A stretch of 64,000 nucleotides of DNA from a virus (lineage: Duplodnaviria > Caudoviricetes). Under the pieces are notes generated by a model. That model was not told where the DNA came from. It worked only from the letters and a program-made list of their open reading frames with translations, and ran no database searches. The stretch spans positions 3,864 to 67,863 of IMG/VR virus record IMGVR_UViG_3300033066_002031; one strand, 5' to 3'. Below are positions 61,319 to 64,000 of this stretch, in pieces. Within the stretch, counting starts at the first letter, position 1, and each line of letters begins with the position of its first letter. The position numbers and the translations under genes are program-made.

Positions 61319-64000
61319 TCAGGTAAGATTTACGGATTTCCACGCCGAGCCGTCCCAGGCGTAGAGCTTGCCGTTCGCCGTGTCGTAATACAGACCGCCG
61401 CCGCTCGTCGGGTTCGTCGCCGGGGCTCCGGAGCCGGTCGGGACGCAGATGTAGCCGCTCTTGTCCACGCTGGACAGAGCCGTTCCGCTGCTGTCCTGCC
61501 ATTCGGTCAGGTTCGCCGTCTGGCTGGTCGCCGCGCGGGCGATGAACGCCTTGGTCGACGCCGCCGACGCCCGCACCTCAAGCTGTCCCGTGGCGGCAAA
61601 GTTGCCGACGCCGACATATCCAGTCGTGTCGAAGTAGACGCACGCATTCTGATTCGTGTACAGTTTGAAGGGATGATTCGTCTCGGTGCCGACCAAGCCG
61701 AACGAGTTGCCGATCGCCTGCATTTTGCTGATGGCGCCGCTCGTCGAGTTGGCTCGCAGTTGGGGATTGCCGGAGCCACGAGCCTGGATCGCCGCGTTAG
61801 CCTGACCGCATTCGATGCCGACGCCGAAGTCTCCGGAGGCGACGCCGCTGTAGACGATGCCGTTGTAGGTGACGCCAGCCAGCACCGTGCCGCTGCTGTC
61901 CTGCCACTCCGTCAGATTCGCCGTCTGGCTCGCCGCGCCCTGGACGATCAGCCCCTTCGCCGAAGAAGTCGGACAGGATGCGTGCAGCGAGGCGCCGGGA
62001 GAAGCGGTGCTCACGCCGACGTTGCCGTCCGAGTCTATGTACAGCCGCGAGGTGAAGACGCCCGTCGCGCCGTCGATGGTCTGGAAGTCCATCGCCGTCC
62101 TGTAGTTGCCCGTGTTGACCGACTTGGCGACGATCTTCGCGCGGTCGAAAAGTTGACCTCCCGAGCGGGCGGCGAAAACAAGTTCGGCGGTGTTGCTGGT
62201 CGAGTCGAATTTGTTGTTGCGGATTCGCACTTGCAGATTGGTGGATGCTGAGTCGAAGACGTCCAGCTTGGCTCCCGGCGTCGACGTGCCGATGCCGACT
62301 GAGCCGCCGTAGGGGTTCAACAGGATGTCGCCGTATTCGATCCCCTCCTTGACGACCTGGAAAGTCAGCGTGTTGTTCGACGTATCGATCGTCTGCTGTG
62401 AATAAACATTGCCGTAGCCGTCCTCAAGCCCCATCCAGAAAGTGCATGACCCGTATAGATGCAACGTCGACACCGGGTTGCCGGTGCCGATGCCGACATA
62501 CCCGATCGAGTTGACCGCCACCCGAGCAGAGCCGCTGCTGTTCTGCCACTCCTGGAGGTTCGCCGACTGCGACGGGGCGCCACGGACGACCAGACCCTTA
62601 TCCGTCGCCGCTGCTGGTGTGACGACTGCGGCTGCGCCCGACCCCGAAGCGTTGAGCGTCAGAGGCGTTCCGGCGGCGCTTCGGAAAAAGGCGCCGTTCG
62701 TGAAATCGACGTACACCCCCCCGCCGGAGTTGTTGTTGCGCAGCACCACATTTCCCGAGCCGTCGAGTTGGATCAGACCAGAATATGCTTGATTGTTGCT
62801 GTAGAAGTCGATGCCGCTGCCCGCCCCTTGCCCTGCGGGCGATGACATCATGATATGCCCATGCGCTCCCGACGCCCCCCGCACGGAAACCGTCATATTT
62901 CCGTCGCTGTCCTGCCATTCCTGGAGGTTCGCCGACTGGCTCGGGGCGCCGACGATGGTCAGGGGCTTGGTCGCGGCGGCTAGCGACGTCAGCGTCGTGC
63001 CGCCCGTCGGCGTGATAGCCGCGACGTCCAAGATGCCTGGGGTGCCGTATGCAGAGATTTTGTATCCGTTGGTGTTTCGATCGAGCCCAGCCGCCCAGTT
63101 CTGCCCGCCGTTGACGCCGGTTCGGACGTACGCGCCGCCCGAACTGTAAGCCATAGCCTCTACCACTGCATCGCCGGACCCGGAGTTGTGGACGTGCATG
63201 TAGGCGTTGCCGGTGGACCATCCCCCGGCGTGTATGACGTAATAGTCGCCCGAAACAAGATTGCCCGTCGCGACGGAGACGACGGCTTCACCGGCGGCTG
63301 CGGCGTTGCACTGGAAAGCCGCCACCCTGGGCATGTATCCGTTGTAAAAGTTGTGCGCCGCGTTGAGTTCGGCGGTGCCCCAGTAGGTCTTGCCGTCCGC
63401 GCTGATCCTGTTCATCGCGGTGCCGCTGCTGTCCTGCCATTCCTGGAGATTGGCGGACTGTGATGCGGCTCCCCTGACGACCAACGCCTTGGTCGACGAG
63501 GACGAGGCACGGACGTCAAGCTGAGCCGACGGCGTGTACACGGCGCCGCCGATCGACACGAGCCCCGAGTTGTCGGTATACAGGGCGGTGACGCCGACGC
63601 CGATGCGGAGTGTGTTGGTCGTGTAGCCGCTGATGCCGAAGCCGTACTTGGCGGAGTTGGTGTCGACCTCGAACAGCGTGCTGCCGCCGGACGTCGCAAC
63701 CGCGAACCGGGTGGGCGAGAAGCTGCCGAGTACGTTGCCGCTGCTGTCCTGCCATTCCTGGAGGTTCGCCGTCTGCGACGATGCTCCCTGGACGACGAGC
63801 GGCTTGACCCCTGCGGCGCTCGATACGACGTGGAGTTGCCCCGACGCCGATCCCGTGTTGATGCCGACCTTGCCGCCGTTAAATACAATCGCATTGGCAT
63901 TCGTCGTGTCGCCGACGCCCGTGGTGGTCAGCGACCCTGTGTAGGAGCCGCTGCCGAACACGCGGAGCTTGCCGTTGTACGTGTCGGCGATCTTGGCGAC
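61319..64000 (-). CDS. Tail fibre protein (5'-truncated by window edge)
   Basis: Frame is open to base 64000; GNVGI-type fibre repeats; 6 copies of the [GA]AxSQxANLxEWQxSxG spacer motif. Confidence 0.8.
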   Translation of the reverse strand, partial: VAKIADTYNGKLRVFGSGSYTGSLTTTGVGDTTNANAIVFNGGKVGINTGSASGQLHVVSSAAGVKPLVVQGASSQTANLQEWQDSSGNVLGSFSPTRFAVATSGGSTLFEVDTNSAKYGFGISGYTTNTLRIGVGVTALYTDNSGLVSIGGAVYTPSAQLDVRASSSSTKALVVRGAASQSANLQEWQDSSGTAMNRISADGKTYWGTAELNAAHNFYNGYMPRVAAFQCNAAAAGEAVVSVATGNLVSGDYYVIHAGGWSTGNAYMHVHNSGSGDAVVEAMAYSSGGAYVRTGVNGGQNWAAGLDRNTNGYKISAYGTPGILDVAAITPTGGTTLTSLAAATKPLTIVGAPSQSANLQEWQDSDGNMTVSVRGASGAHGHIMMSSPAGQGAGSGIDFYSNNQAYSGLIQLDGSGNVVLRNNNSGGGVYVDFTNGAFFRSAAGTPLTLNASGSGAAAVVTPAAATDKGLVVRGAPSQSANLQEWQNSSGSARVAVNSIGYVGIGTGNPVSTLHLYGSCTFWMGLEDGYGNVYSQQTIDTSNNTLTFQVVKEGIEYGDILLNPYGGSVGIGTSTPGAKLDVFDSASTNLQVRIRNNKFDSTSNTAELVFAARSGGQLFDRAKIVAKSVNTGNYRTAMDFQTIDGATGVFTSRLYIDSDGNVGVSTASPGASLHASCPTSSAKGLIVQGAASQTANLTEWQDSSGTVLAGVTYNGIVYSGVASGDFGVGIECGQANAAIQARGSGNPQLRANSTSGAISKMQAIGNSFGLVGTETNHPFKLYTNQNACVYFDTTGYVGVGNFAATGQLEVRASAASTKAFIARAATSQTANLTEWQDSSGTALSSVDKSGYICVPTGSGAPATNPTSGGGLYYDTANGKLYAWDGSAWKSVNLT

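Noticed and set aside
1-64000. Stop-codon reassignment or suppressor tRNAs
   Set aside because: Core genes are uninterrupted in the standard code, and no CUA, UUA or UCA anticodon was found.
1-64000. Integrase/att site, DGR or retron
   Set aside because: No recombinase or reverse-transcriptase motifs and no TR/VR pair were seen, so prophage versus free phage cannot be decided from this window.

Overview
A 64-kb segment of a large, GC-rich tailed-phage genome (long non-contractile tail, HK97-type head) in two convergent arms that meet at a bidirectional terminator (~23.8 kb). The + strand arm (1-23.8 kb) is accessory. It holds a 5'-truncated Ro60/TROVE gene, a C5 DNA methyltransferase, an orphan CRISPR array (7 identical 36-nt repeats, leader and promoter, no cas in the window), about 14 CCA-less tRNA or tRNA-like genes, a tmRNA, a stand-alone GGQ release-factor domain, a solo tnpB, an HNH nuclease, TerC and many small ORFs. 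The - strand arm (23.8-64 kb) is morphogenetic: tail fibre, intein-containing TerL, portal, protease-scaffold, major capsid, head-tail joining, tail tube, frameshifting tail chaperone, tape measure, tail-tip proteins and two glycosyltransferases. The most unusual content is RNA. There is a tandem trio of 68-70-nt tRNA-Arg genes with a non-canonical cloverleaf. Two tandem tRNA bodies have their anticodon loops replaced by 91- and 96-nt structured inserts that share a motif. A circularly permuted T-arm/D-arm RNA with Y-RNA-like topology lies ahead of the tmRNA, and a chimeric tRNA-Met/CRISPR-repeat-like element lies near ro60. Together these suggest an undescribed Ro60/tRNA-mimic translation-protection system. 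Two Walker-A-dead terminase ATPase paralogs also stand out. A Planctomycetota host is a weak inference from gene style. All assignments come from manual motif reading and hand folding; no database searches were run.
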